From Chiloscyllium plagiosum (taxonomy: Eukaryota): DNA of 64,000 nucleotides. Each line of letters opens with the position of its first letter. Position 1 is the stretch's first letter. Shown here piece after piece: positions 51,551-64,000 of the stretch. The stretch spans positions 2,395,285 through 2,459,284 of the forward strand of contig NC_057753.1 of NCBI RefSeq assembly GCF_004010195.1, read 5' to 3'. Under the pieces are notes generated by a model. It saw only the letters and a list, made by a program, of their open reading frames with translations. It did no database searches and had not been told where the DNA came from. The position numbers and the translations under genes were made by a program.

Positions 51551-53573
51551 ATAAGAAACTGGATAATAACTTACCGCAATGAATTTTTCCAAATTCCTTA
51601 ATTACCTTATTTCAAACAAGAGAAAAATAATAAAGAACAAAGAACAAAGAAAATTTACAGCCCAGGAACATGCCCTTCGGCCCTCGAAACCTGAGCCAAT
51701 CCAAATGCACTGTCTAAACTTATCGCCCAATTCCTAAGCATTGGTATCCCTCTGCTCCCCACATACTCATGCATTTGTCCAGACACACCTTAAGTGAATC
51801 TACCGTGCCTACCTCTCCCGCCTTTGCTGGCAACACGTTTCAGGTATCTACTGACCTCTGTGTAATGTACTTGCTGCGTATATCCCCCTTAAACATTTCG
51901 CCTTTCACCTTGAACGCATGATTTCTCGTTATTGAATCCCTCACCCTGGGAAAAATGCTTATCTCTACCCTATCTACCCTTCATGATTTTGTAAACATCA
52001 ATCTGGTCGCCCTCAATCTCATTTTTCCTCATGACAATATTCCTAACCTATTCAACCTCTCGTCATGGTTAACGCCTTCCATACCGGGCGACATCCTTGT
52101 AAACCTTCTCTGCACCCTCTCCAATGGGTCCTCATCCTTTTGGTAATGTGGCGACCAGATTTGTACACAGTATTCTAAATGCGGCTGTACCAAAGTCTTG
52201 TTCAATTTCAACATGACCAGCCAGCTCTTATGACCAATACCCCGTCCAATCAAAGCAAGAATACCGTATGCCTTCTTGACTGCTCTCCCCACCTGTACAG
52301 CCGCCTTCAGGGTATAATGGACCAGACCTCCCAGATCTCTCTGCTCATTAACTTTTCCCAAAGCTCTTCCGTTTACAGTGTATTTGGCTCTAGAATTAGA
52401 CTTCTCAAAATGCACCATCTTCCATTTCCCTGGATTGAACTCCATCTGCCTCTTCTCCACTCAACTCTCCATTCTATCGATATTCTCCTGTATTCTTTGA
52501 CAATCCCCTATGCATTCTGCTATTTCACTAACATTTGTGTCATCTGCAAACTTACTGACCAAACCAAAAATGCCTTTTTCCAGATCATTTATGCATATTA
52601 CAAACAATAGTGGCCCCAACATTGATCCCTATTGAAAGTCAGTGGTCTCCTTTCTCCCTTTCGAGAAAGCCCTTTCTACTACTGCTCTCTGTCTCCTCGT
52701 GCTCAACCAGTTCTTTATCCACTTAGCTAGAACACCCTGCATACCATGTAACTTCACTTTGTACATTAGTGTACCACGGAGAACCTTATCAAACACCTAA
52801 CTAAAGTCCATGTATATGACATTTACAGCCCTTCCTTCATCTATCAACTTGGTCACATCCTCAAAGAACTCTATTAAGTTGGTAAGGCACGATCTTCCTC
52901 GCACAAACCCATGTTTCCTATCACTGATAAGTCCATTTTTTTCCAAACATAAAGCGATTTTATCCCCCAGTACCTTCTGCATCAACTTTCCCACCACTGG
53001 CGTCAGGCTCACTGGTCTGTAGTTACCTGGAATATCCCTACCATCCTTCTTGTACAGGGGGACAACATGAGCAATCCTCTAGTCCTCTAGCACCTCACCT
53101 GTGTTTAAGAATGCTACAAAGAAATCTGTCAGAGCCCCAGCTATTTCCACTCTCGCAACCCTCAGCAGTTTGGGATAGATCCCATCCAGTCATGCGGATT
53201 TGTCCACCTTAATATCCCTTAGTCTACCCAACACATCTTCCTTCCTTCTGTCAACGTGATCCTGATAAACAAACTTCAGTCTCTAATCTCAACATTCATC
53301 ACCTTCCGTTCTTCAGTGAACACTGATGCAAAGCAATAATTGAGAATCTCACGCATTTTCTCAGGTTAGACACACAACCTTTCTTCCTAATGCTTTACTG
53401 GACCAACCTTTCTCTAGTTCCCCTCTTGCTTCGTATATAAGAAAAAAAAGGCATTGGGATTCTCCTAAATTTTAATCACTGAAGATAATTCATGACCCAT
53501 TTTCACCTGCTTGATTCCTCGTTTAAGATTGGTCCTACTCTCCCGACATTCCTCCAAGGCCCACTCTGTTCTT

Positions 53574-53731
53574 GGAGAAAGTGAGGACTACAGATGCTGG
53601 AGTTCAGAGCTGAAAATGTGTTGCTGGAAAAGCGCAGCAGGTCAGGCAGCATCCAAGGAGCAGGAGAATCGACGTTTCGGGCCTGAGCCCTTCTTCAGGA
53701 ACCTGGGCTTTTCCTGCAACACATTTTCAGC
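53574..53731 (-). mobile_element. Short non-autonomous Penelope-derived element with hammerhead ribozyme
   Basis: TSD CCCA(C/T)TCTGTTCTT at 53560-53573 and 53732-53745; short inverted copy of an internal segment at ~53707-53731. Confidence 0.8.
53667..53701 (-). ncRNA. Minimal hammerhead ribozyme
   Basis: TC-CTGAAGA-aGGGCtcagGCCC-GAAAC-GTC-GA: intact core, perfect 4-bp stem II, GUC cleavage triplet. Confidence 0.8.
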
Positions 53732-54109
53732 CCCATTCTGTTCTTATCTGCCTGGATCTTATTTATGCTTCCCTTTTCCTTTTGGCTAGTTGCAGGATTT
53801 CTCCTGTCATTCATGGTTCACAAATCATGCCTGTCCTATCCATTATTTTGAACAGGACATGCCTATCCTGCACTATCTTCAACCAATATTTGAAAGTCTC
53901 CCACACATCAAATATGGACTTTCCATCAAATAGCTATGCCCAAACCACATTTGCGCGCTCCTGCCTAATTTCGATGTATATTGTCTTGGCCTAATTTGGT
54001 ACCTTTCCCTTAGGACCACTCTTATCTTTGTCAACGAGTACTCAAAAACTTACAGAATTGTGGTCACTATTTCCAAAAACATTCCCACTGCAAATTCCCA
54101 AAGTCCATT

Positions 54110-54295
54110 AATGTTAAGATTAGGTGGTTTGGCCATGCTTAATTGTCCATTGTAAGCAGGGATATGTAGGTTGATTATAATAGCCATGGGCAATGCGGAA
54201 TTACATAGATAAGGTAGAGGATTGCGTTTGGGTGGGGTTCTCTTCAGTAGATCAATGTGGTCTTAAATGCCCAAATGGCCTGCTTCCACACTGCT
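54110..54295 (+). mobile_element. SINE 3' half
   Basis: ggccatgcttaattgtcc...gcctgcttccacactg. Confidence 0.65.
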
Positions 54296-55064
54296 TCTGT
54301 GATGAGATGTCTTGGAACAAACAGCCTAAAATTTACAGTGAAGAAGGAGCTAAAATGACTGTTTGATTCCACAGTAATTGAGATTCAATGTGTAATGCTC
54401 AAAATGGTCTAGCTCATTCCCCAACACCAGCTCCAGTATGGCCCCTTCCCACAAAAGAATGTGCATTTCTACAATTATTTCTTTAACAAGCCTAAGAAAT
54501 AGAGGACAGCTTCTCTTTCGCTCAACACTGGGAGATCAAACACAGTCTCTCTGTTTTGCAACTATAGTTGAGGACCCCTGCAATTTGCATGCTGGACATT
54601 GGTTTTGATGCAAACTTTTATTTCTCAATAACCTTCACTGTCTCGATCCTAGGCTGGACCTCTTTACTAAATAAGATAGCATCGATTCGAAATTCATTGA
54701 TGAAGAGGTGAAATTCAGTTAATGTCAACTTTCCCTTGATCTTTGGATGCAAATATCTGTACTTGAGCAGCAATTAATTATTTTCCATGCTTTGAAATCT
54801 CTTCTGCTCTCCAAATGATTGGCTGTTTACCCAATTTTCCTGTCTGGAGGGCTTTTCTTTTTACAGTGTACAATTGGCTGCTCATAAAAGCTCAACTAAA
54901 TGCCTGCCTGGATGCGTATGTGTGGAAATTCACAATTCTTAGATTGGCCTTTAAAGGGAATCACGACAATTACCCGATGAATCTCAATTACGATGGGATC
55001 AAATAGTTATTCTAGTTCCTTCTACACTGTAAACCTTTCCAAGACACCTCATCATGGAAGCAGT

Positions 55065-55370
55065 ATGGAAGCAGGCTATTTGGCCATTTAAGTCCACATT
55101 GACCCAGTGAAGAGAACCTCACCCAAACTCTACCTTATCCATGGAATTCTGCATTTCCATGGCTATCATTATTAGCCTACATATCCCTGCTTACAATGGA
55201 CAATTCAGCATGGCCAAACCACCTAATTTGCACATTAATGGACTTTGGGAAGTAATCGGAACAATTCTGCACAGGCACTAAAAAATGTGCAAACTTTATA
55301 CAGACACTCACCTGAGTGTTGAATCGAACCCACGCCTTTGGTGTTGTGAGGCAGCCCTGCCAGCCACTCA
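55065..55370 (-). mobile_element. Old tRNA-derived SINE
   Basis: Antisense SINE core and B-box (gaatcgaaccc). Confidence 0.7.
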
Positions 55371-55379
55371 GAGATGGCA

Positions 55380-57820
55380 CTTCCCATTATATAGGTTGAG
55401 ACACGCTCGAAGCAGATAAATGGAAATGCAGACATCTTTAGCTCAGATAAATTAAATGAGTTACAGGAGGAAAGTGAAAATTTTAAGCCATTGTATCAAA
55501 AGGCATTCACAGAAAAAGAATACGATTGTATCCCTGAATATTATTATCGTAGAATGACGTCTTTATGAGGAAATGGAGATCATCACATACTCAGGCATTT
55601 CAGATGAGCAGAAGTTCATTAAGTCTTATTCTCGGGGTTAAAGAAAGTAGCTGTTGCGAGTGGCGCGTGAGCTGCCTCTGGCGGTTATTTAGGAGTAAGA
55701 AAAACTCAAGATAAAATACAAAAGTCATTTTTACAGACCTGGACTGCATAATGAAATTGTTGAATTTTGCCTGATATGTCATATATGTTAGGTAATTGGA
55801 AAACCACGGTCAATGATAAAACCCATATATTTAATATCTATTCCTGCATTTGAGGAACATTTTACAAGAGTCTTAATTAATTGCAGAAAACCCCTTCCTC
55901 AACCCAAATGTGACAGTCAGTATTTGTTTATAATAATAGATGTGTCCACTATATTTCCAGAGGCGTAATATCACAGGGAAAAGGACTGTAGATGATTGCT
56001 CAATTTTTTCGCGACATAGGACTACTGACAGAGATACAGTCAGATCAAGGGTGCAACTTCACAGCGTAATTATTCAAGGAAGATTATGGGCTTCTTAAGA
56101 ATAAAACAGTCCCAATCTACTGCATACCATCCAGAGTCACAGGGAGTCCTGGAAATGTTGCATCAGACATTAAAAATCATGTTGAGGGTTTATAGTCAAG
56201 ACGATCTCGATGAATAGGACTAGGGAATTTCGTTTGTGCTTTTTTTTTGCGGTCAGAGTTTCACGAAATGAGTCGACCAAATTCTGTCCATTTCAATTTG
56301 TTTATGGGCATAAAGTGAGATCACCGCTAATACTGACTAAGGAGAAATGGTAAGTCATAATTCAGAGATCACGTATTTGGACTACGTGTCAAACTTTAAG
56401 GAATGGAGCGGGAATGTTGGCTTGACTGCATTTAAAAGTATCATAGCACACTATGAGACAGGAAGCAGACAAGAAATCAAAAAGTCGCAATTTTGCTGTT
56501 GGGGGGAAGGTGTTAGTGTTATTTCTCGTGAAAGATGTACCTTTAAAAACAAGGTTTAGTGAACTTTATCAATTCGAAAGGAAATTGAGTGAGGTGAGCT
56601 ATTTGAAAGTACTCCAGACAGAACAATTCTCACGTTAATGTGCTCAAATGGTATTTTGATAGGGAATGAAAGCCAAAGAAGACTGTGTTATTGCTTACAG
56701 ACAAGGAAAAACCAAGTTCAGGGGATTCTGAATTAGACACTCCTCAAGTTAAATTGGACAATGAGAAAGTTGTCAAAACTTGGGGTAAATTATTGAGTTA
56801 CTTTCCAGAGGAAAATTGAAATGCCCTGAAAGAGTGATAACTATCACATGGGGAGATGTGTGGAAATACTCTGGGAAGTACTAACCTAATTATACATGGT
56901 GTAGATCCAGAAAATGCTGTTCCTATTAAGCAACATTTATTTGTCATAACTCTTTAAAATTGACGCAGGTTCACAAGGACACTGGACGCATGCTCCAAGA
57001 AGACATAGTCGAAGCGAATTATAGTGACTGCAGCTCAGCAATCGTAATGAAGTCAAAACCAGATGGTACCAAAGGGTTATGTGTGAACTGTTGCAAATTA
57101 AATGCAGTTAAAAAGATTGATGTATATATCTGATTCCTCGTTTGGAAGATTGTATTCAGAAAGTGGGACAAGCAGCTTATATATCTGAGTGGGAGTTTGC
57201 TCAGAGTATACTGGAAGGTACTTTGTCATAAAGATCGAAGGCAGTTTTGGCTTTTGTAACACTGAATGGACAGTATCGATTTGAAGTCATGCCATTTGGT
57301 ATGAGAAATGCGCTAGCCAAATTTCAGAGACTAACCATCAGGTTAATTGCCGGTCGACCCAACTGCGTTGTATATATCGATGACATAGTGACTTTTATCG
57401 CACGGGGAAAGAACATTTACAATATTTATCCGACTTGTTCGATCAACTTCGGAAGGCAGGCTTGATGATAAACCTGGTTAAAAGTGAATTTATCAACGCC
57501 AAAGTCACTTTCTTTGGCCACTTTGTTGGATATTATTAAAGGCCCCACGGGATGCAAAAACAAAAGTAATTGGGGAGTTTCCCATACCATGGACAAAGCG
57601 ATGAGTACAATAATTCCTGAGATTGAGTGGATTTCATCGAAAACGTGTACCAAAGGTTGGCAGCGTGGCTGCTCCAGCCAATAAGTTGCTCAAGAAAGGC
57701 AAGACGTTTCAGAAAACGGCAGGCTGTCAGAAGGCATTTGACAGTCTGAAAGCTGTATTAACCACTGCTGCAGGATCAGCCAAGCCTAATTGTGCAAGAC
57801 ATTAAAGATGGCTATTGACT
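55380..57820 (+). mobile_element. Ty3/gypsy LTR retrotransposon pol relic, Gmr1-type (IN before RT)
   Basis: GG.LGVRKT...FCLICHIC (zinc finger, ~55680-55790), QSDQGCNF (~56040) and AYHPESQG (~56120) precede RT PFGMRNA and YIDD (ORF 57247-57465). Confidence 0.85.
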
Positions 57821-57824
57821 CGGA

Positions 57825-60800
57825 AAGATGGCGGCGATTCTGTAGAACTACTGTGGAGAGCTCTGCCGAACAGCCAAGGCATACTGGTGGGTTTTTTTTT
57901 GCCATCCCTGGCCAACTTATGTGGTGGAATTATTACATTAAATCCTTACCGATCACATATTTGTTAAAATTTGGGAGTGGGAAGGACGCGAAAGGGAAAA
58001 GGAACAAGCAAGCAACAGCAGAGAGGACACCCCCCTGCAGCACCTACGACACCAGAGACAGCAGCAGCAGCAGCCTCTCCTGAACCCCCCGGAGACCCAA
58101 CAGACTCACAGGAATTGGCTGCGGCGATGGAGAGACTTACCTTGAAAGTTGGGGCTGCGATTGAGGAGATCCGTGGGGAGATTCGTGCCCAGGTCCAACC
58201 TATTGCATCAATGCTGCAGAAGCATGAGCAGGATATCCAGGGCCTCGGGGAGAGGCTGGAGGAGATGGAGGGTTGAAGTAAGGCCTCGGAAGCTGTGCTG
58301 GAGTCCTCATCCAGTCGAATCTAGGTGCTGGAGCGAGAGGCACAGGCCTTGCGAGACCATATCGACGACCTCGAAAATCGAGGTCGGGGGATAAACCTCC
58401 GCATTGTCGAGCTCCCGGAAGGTGAGCAGCCAGTTTGCTTCTTTGAAAGCTGGCTGCCGAAGGTTTTGGGCGTACACATCAAGCCCAGCAGGCTACAGAT
58501 TGAAAGGGTTTATCAGATTACAGTGCACTCGTCAGGCCCATGTGCAGCGCCCCCGCTCGGACCCAGTGCACTTCCATTCATTTCAGGACAAGCAAAAAGT
58601 CATAAAATCTTCCAGATCCCTGGGTAAGGATCCACAGGCACTGCTGTATAAGGGGCCAAAAATCATGTTTTTCCAGGGTTTCTCTGCAGCTGTAATTCGA
58701 AAGAAAAATTCCTTCGATTTAGGTAAAAAGTGGCTGAGGAACCTGGGCATCCAGTACTCCCTGAAATACTCTGCACTGCTTCATTTCAGGCACGAGGGCT
58801 CAGTTTATACATTTGACTCGGCGGATAAGGCTAAAAACTTTGTAGACACTTTAAAATAGATGGATTGGCCTTAATTTTCGTTCTCTTTTCTATCTTTCCC
58901 TAAGTTTTCTCTTCCTTTTTTAAATCCCTTTCTTGCTCCGTAACAATTTCCTTTTTGGAAAGGGGGGGAAAGACCTTGGAATACGTTGTTCCTGTTTCTT
59001 TTAATAACTGTGAAGGAGGGGATGGGTAGAGTGAGTGCCTCCTATGGGAAGGGGGAAGCGTCTTCTATTCAAGATTTTATAGTTAGTTTCCTGTGTAGAT
59101 TTTTGATAATAATAGTTCTTTAAAGTTATGATAGAGTAGTTTTTGTATGTATAGTTTTTCGATTATCTGAGTCTTTATTAACTTATTCTGGGCGCTTTGT
59201 AAGCAAGGTTCTTCCTCCGAGGGTTTCAAGGGTCTCTGAAAGGGGATGTGGCTAAGTAGCTTATTAAATGTTGCACCCGGAACATTAAGGCAAGTCATTT
59301 GTCTATCAAAAGGAAAAAAAGTGCTTTCTAGCCTGAAGAGGGAAAGGGTTGATATCGCTTTGTTGCAGGAAACCCATCTTGATGATGGTGAACACATGAA
59401 ATTACAACAGGGCGGTTATGACCGGGTTTTTTTTTTAGATTAGATTACTTACAGTGTGGAAAAAGGCCCTTCGGCCCAACAAGTCCACAGCGACCTGCCG
59501 AAGCGCAACCCACCCATTCCACTACATTTACCCCTTTTACCTAACACTAGGGCAATTTAGCATGGCCAATTCACCTAACCTGCACATCTTTGGATTGTGG
59601 GAGGAAACCGGAGCACCCGGAGGAAACCCACGCAGACACGGGGAGAATGTGCAAGCTCCACACAGTCAGTCGCCTTAGTCGGGAATTGAACCCTGGTCTC
59701 TGGTGCTGTGAGGCAGCAGTGCTAACCACTGCGCCACCTTTACTACTAAAAGTAGGGGAGTGGGGGTATTTATCCATAAAACTCTGCTGTTCACATTATG
59801 AGAGCAGGTGAAAGATGAGCAGGGACGGTTTGTGATACTTAAAGCCCTGATACATAGGGAGGAAGATGGCATTTTAAACGTCTACTGTCCTCCAGTGCAT
59901 CCCATCAAATGTTTGATTAGTGCTTTCTCTAAGTTGAGTGCTTTTCGAACATGGCACATTATTATAGGAGGGGATTGTAATTTTCTTTTGGATCCAACAG
60001 TGGACAGGATGCCTTGTGGGCCCCTAACTATTTCTTCGCAGGCCAAGCAGGTGGTTAAGTCTTATGGGGCTGGTGGATATGTGGAGATGTCTTCACCCTA
60101 CCTGCAGGGATTTCATCTTGTTTCCGAGCACACATAAATGTCACACGAGGACTGACCTCTTTCTGGCTCCCACGGCAATTCTGGATTTGATTATGGGTTG
60201 TAAAATTGGGAATATCTATTTCTGATCATGGGGCAGAATATTTGGAGCTTAAGGCCAAGAGTATGGGCTAGGTTTGCGGCATTGGCATTTGCACCCTTTT
60301 CTCCTTCAGGATTCCAAATTTGTGGAATACGTTTTGAAGGAGTTTCAGGAATTCTTGACTATCAACGACTAGTAGTCCATCTGTGCTGTGGGAACTGCTA
60401 AGGCCTTTGCTAGGTGGTTAGCTATTTCCTATTCGGCTAGCTGGAAACGACAGAAGGAGGAACAGCAGCGTCGACTTGAGACACGGTTGAAAGCCGCCAA
60501 GGCGGCACATTTCGCGTGGCTTTTGGTGACTAAGCTACAGTGGATAACGGTCCTCCGGGCCGCCTTGAATTCAATACTGATGCAAAACGCAAAGGAAGAA
60601 CCTGATTTTGCTAGACAGAGACTGTTCGAATATAGAGATAGGCCAGGGAAGTATTTAGCGTACCTGACTAGGAAAAAGCGTGCTCCCCAATCCATTACTT
60701 AAAAAGATTAATGAGGCTTTTCGGAGCTTTTACTCTGAATTGTATTGGTCTGAAGGTTGCGAAGTCAGGAGGGTTAAATGGAGATCTTTTTTTAAAAACC

Positions 60801-62430
60801 TGGACCCCCCAGAGGTAACCTTGGAACAGGCCTCTCTCCTTAATGTCCCCTTGAAAGTTCAGGAAATACAGGAGGCAGCTAGGCAACATCAGACTGGGAA
60901 ACCGCCTGGCTCTGATGGTCTCCCGGTTGATGTTTATAAGGAGCTTATAGGTATTCTGTCAGAGCCGATGTTGGAGACTTACAATCACTCCTACATGCAT
61001 GAATGTCTACCACCATCTTTGAGCGAAACTAATACGTCCTTAATTCTTAAGATGGGGAAGGTTCCTGAGGATCGTGCCTCATACCGGCCCATTTCTCTAT
61101 TAAGTTCAGATTTGAGGATTCTGTCTAAGATCCTGGCGCTGAGATTGGAAAGGGTGTTACCCCATATTATTAAAGAGGAGCAGACAGGTTTTTAAAGGGG
61201 CTGTAGGTCCTCTAATAATATTAGAAGGTTGCTGGATATGGTCCAAGTTTGTCAGCAACGATCGATTCAGGGGTTGGTGATTTTCCTAGAGGCAGAGCAA
61301 GCATTTGACCGGGTCGAATGTCCGTATCTTTTTTATGTCTGAGAACAGTTTGGGCTGTGTGGAGTCTTTGCTAGGTGGGTGGAGGTTTTATATCACCTCC
61401 CTCTGGCTGCAGTCATCACCAGCTGAGTGAAGTCTGGGAATTTTAGTATTGGTACGGTTGATCGGCAAGGTTGCCTTTTCTCACCGTTGTTGTTTATGTT
61501 AGTGATAGAGCCGCTGGCAGAGGCCATTCGTCAGAACGTCCAAGTAACCGCTCCGGAAGTGGGACCGAGGGCACACAAGATTGCGATGTATGCGGATGAT
61601 GTCCTTGTGTTTTTTTCGAACCTGATGACCTCCGTACCCCATTTGATACAACGTATCAATTCATTTGGGGTTATTTCAGAATATAAGATTAACTTTACAA
61701 AATCGGAGGCTTTGCCTTTGGGGAAACTCAAGGATGTACCAGAAGTTGAAAGCGGCCATAAATTCTGTGGTCACGGGCAGGATTCCGATACCTAGTCATT
61801 TTTATTACCCCCAAGTTTGATCTGTTATTTCGGTCTAAGTTTGCTCACTTGTTCGACAATATTAAGTAAGATCTCCAGAGATGGGAAGCTCTTCCAATTT
61901 CATGGCTGGGCCGAATATCTCTCATTACAATGAATATTCTTCCTCGTTTGCTCTATCCCATGTGTATGCTCCCTATAATGTTTCCCAGGTCCTTACTAAA
62001 TTGCAGTTGCGTCAAGAAGGGGGAGGAGTTGATTTCCCAGACATCAGAATTTATCAATTGAGTTCCCTGCTGTCCTTTGTCTGCGATTGGGTAGGTAACA
62101 ATCCAAACTCAATATGGCTGGATATTGAGACCTCCCAAGCAAAGTGCCCTCCTATTAACCGGTTTTTCAATGATAAGATGAGGACAATTATGGACCACTG
62201 CTGGAACCCCATGAGTACAGTCAAGGCATGGAGGGCGATGCGTCAGAGTTAGGGTTGTTTATCCAAGGCGTCGCCACTTACACATATAGTTGGTATGCCA
62301 GGGTTCCAACCGGGGATGATGTACTCAGGGTTCAAACTATGGGCAGCGAGAGGAGTTGCTAGTTTGGAAGACTTGTTTCAGGGGGAGTTATGATGTCTTT
62401 TGGGCAACTGAGCCGTAAATATTGGTTGCC
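57825..62430 (+). mobile_element. L1-clade LINE, near full length, decayed
   Basis: 5' AAGATGGCGGCG; ORF1 coiled coil and DLENRGR.NLRIV.LPEG; ORF2 endonuclease LLQETHL and IIGGD.N; RT YRPISLL, RQGC.FSP.LF, YADD. Confidence 0.92.
59436..59738 (-). mobile_element. HE1-like SINE nested in L1 ORF2
   Basis: Antisense copy of the 8440 family in a T-rich site. Confidence 0.92.
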
Positions 62431-64000
62431 CAGCAAATGCGACTGGCAATTTCAGCATTGACTTCAGTGACCTTCTATTGATTTGTGATGCGATCTGGAG
62501 AAAATACCACTAATGAGCAACAGCAAGTGGTCGTGACAGCATCAATTTCAGTCATGCAATTTAAGGGATGAAAGTTTTCACTTTCCCAACTGTTGTCTAA
62601 ACAGGACTCCAGTTGCAAATTAAGCAGATTTTGTTTAATGTGCTCAGCTTTGTTCGGACCAGCATATCCCATACACGACCGGCCTTGTTGACATTCCTGC
62701 GCGCATGACAACATACATCTCATAGTTTTTATTGATTCCTGTGGAGCATGGAAATTTCACTGGATTCTTTGTTTTGCTCTTCTTGCAAGAGTTAGTGCCT
62801 CTGGCTTCAACAGTAATTTGTTTTCTTCTCCCTGTATCATATAAAGTGAGTTAAAACTTTTGTCGGCGGACAAAATGTGAACAAAAGTCACGACAGTAGT
62901 TTACAAGCAGTTTCAAGCCACCAAATACGATATCAATTCTAAGAAAAAGGAAAGAGGTGTTAATAAATTGTGCAAGAGGGAAGAAACCAATACATATCCC
63001 TTGATGATTCGCAAAGTTTCTTTGTGCTATTTGTGTTTTAAAAAAAATCAAGGGAGTGCAATACTCCCATGTGTTTTGTTTTTAATATTAATAACAGCAA
63101 ATGGTAATGAAGAAAATATTTCAGATACTAGTCAATCACGGAGGCTGGATTTCGAAGGAACACCATGCCAACTATTTACTACTTTGCCAGCATCCCTGCC
63201 TTCTATTGGGACAACATATACAGAGGGATGGTGATGGTACTGTACGCAAAATATAATTCACTGTATCTGATTATGGCAAATCATTGTTTCATTATAAAGT
63301 GAGACAGCTATCCCAATTTTGGCAGGACGTCCCCATTGTTAGGAATGACAACTCTATATATAAACAAGTAATTGCGATTATTCACTTTACTGATATCGTT
63401 GTCAGGATTTAAATGCAATCGCGTTGTGTTATAGAAAGAAAGAAGGAAATCCTACACAGAACTAAGTTCATGAGTAAATTACTACAAAGTTAGTGTAATC
63501 GCAAGGTCCTTCCTGGGTGGCCCTGGTACAATTTTTACACTTGCATTCTAACAAACGTTTTGCAGGGTCAATGACATTCTGTTCAGTTGTGGCCACTGCT
63601 GTTGTTGGTGTACAGTGAAGGTGCAAATTTGGACTTGTTTCACCACCACCAAAATAATAGGAATGGGGGAATTTTCATAGTTGGTATGTTATTTGAGACC
63701 ATTGAACTATCGATTAAATCCTGATTAACTTCATTGTTTTTTTTATTGAAAGCACAGTATTACCAATGCGCATTAAAGCAATGCTATATTATGCCACTTA
63801 GTGGTTGACTATTTTCTGTCTGTCTCTGACTGATCAGTATGCTCTTTTCTCATCTATTATAAATTGATGACTCCAGAGTGTTTCATCTTTACTGTTACTT
63901 GTGCAAGGAACTGCCTCAGATAGACTGCACCTTTGTTCTTCTCCACATGGAAGAAATCGCTTAACTAGAAGCATTGCTCACCTTGTTCATAACTCTTACA

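Larger units (their letters stand above)
51630..54090 (-). mobile_element. CR1-clade LINE (about 2.4 kb)
   Basis: ORFs 52029-52460 and 52797-53012 (HGFVRGRSCLTNLIEFF, YMDFS); (AAAGAAC)n antisense tail. Confidence 0.92.
47750..63800 (+). repeat. Right arm of the large inverted duplication, expanded by TE insertions
   Basis: See the 31130-38700 block list; CR1, Gypsy and L1 insertions are arm-specific. Confidence 0.8.

Noticed and set aside
63165-63215. IYY...SIG string as another GPCR exon 1 (paralog ~32390-32430)
   Set aside because: Needs a frameshift, has no donor, and its flanks do not match the true exon 1.

Overview
Cartilaginous-fish (shark-type; the HE1-like SINE tails suggest a bamboo/carpet shark, by inference) genomic DNA with two N-gaps (44246-44460, 46115-46221). 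It is a repeat-rich, segmentally duplicated immune/receptor region. It holds two apparently intact two-exon GPR139-like class A GPCR genes (exon 2 at 2167-3077; full gene 39089-41673) and an orphan minus-strand exon 1 of a third (29705-29773). Antigen-receptor segments are interleaved with them: one open TCR alpha/delta-type V exon with a perfect 23-RSS (21865-22177), two decayed TCR-V-like paralogs, and a degenerate IgH-type J segment (23800-23855) about 1.6 kb downstream of that V. The architecture is a direct tandem duplication (~3300-11550 / ~12140-18040, with a partial third copy at 41690-43370) plus a large inverted duplication (~31130-38700 vs ~47750-63800). Mobile DNA includes many CR1-type LINEs and tRNA-derived SINEs, two solo LTRs, a Penelope element with inverted pseudo-LTRs carrying hammerhead ribozyme motifs, a short hammerhead-bearing non-autonomous insertion, a decayed endogenous retrovirus in two inverted copies, a Gmr1-type (IN-before-RT) Ty3/gypsy relic and an L1-clade LINE. 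Alignments and translations beyond the ORF track were done by eye; repeat boundaries are approximate.
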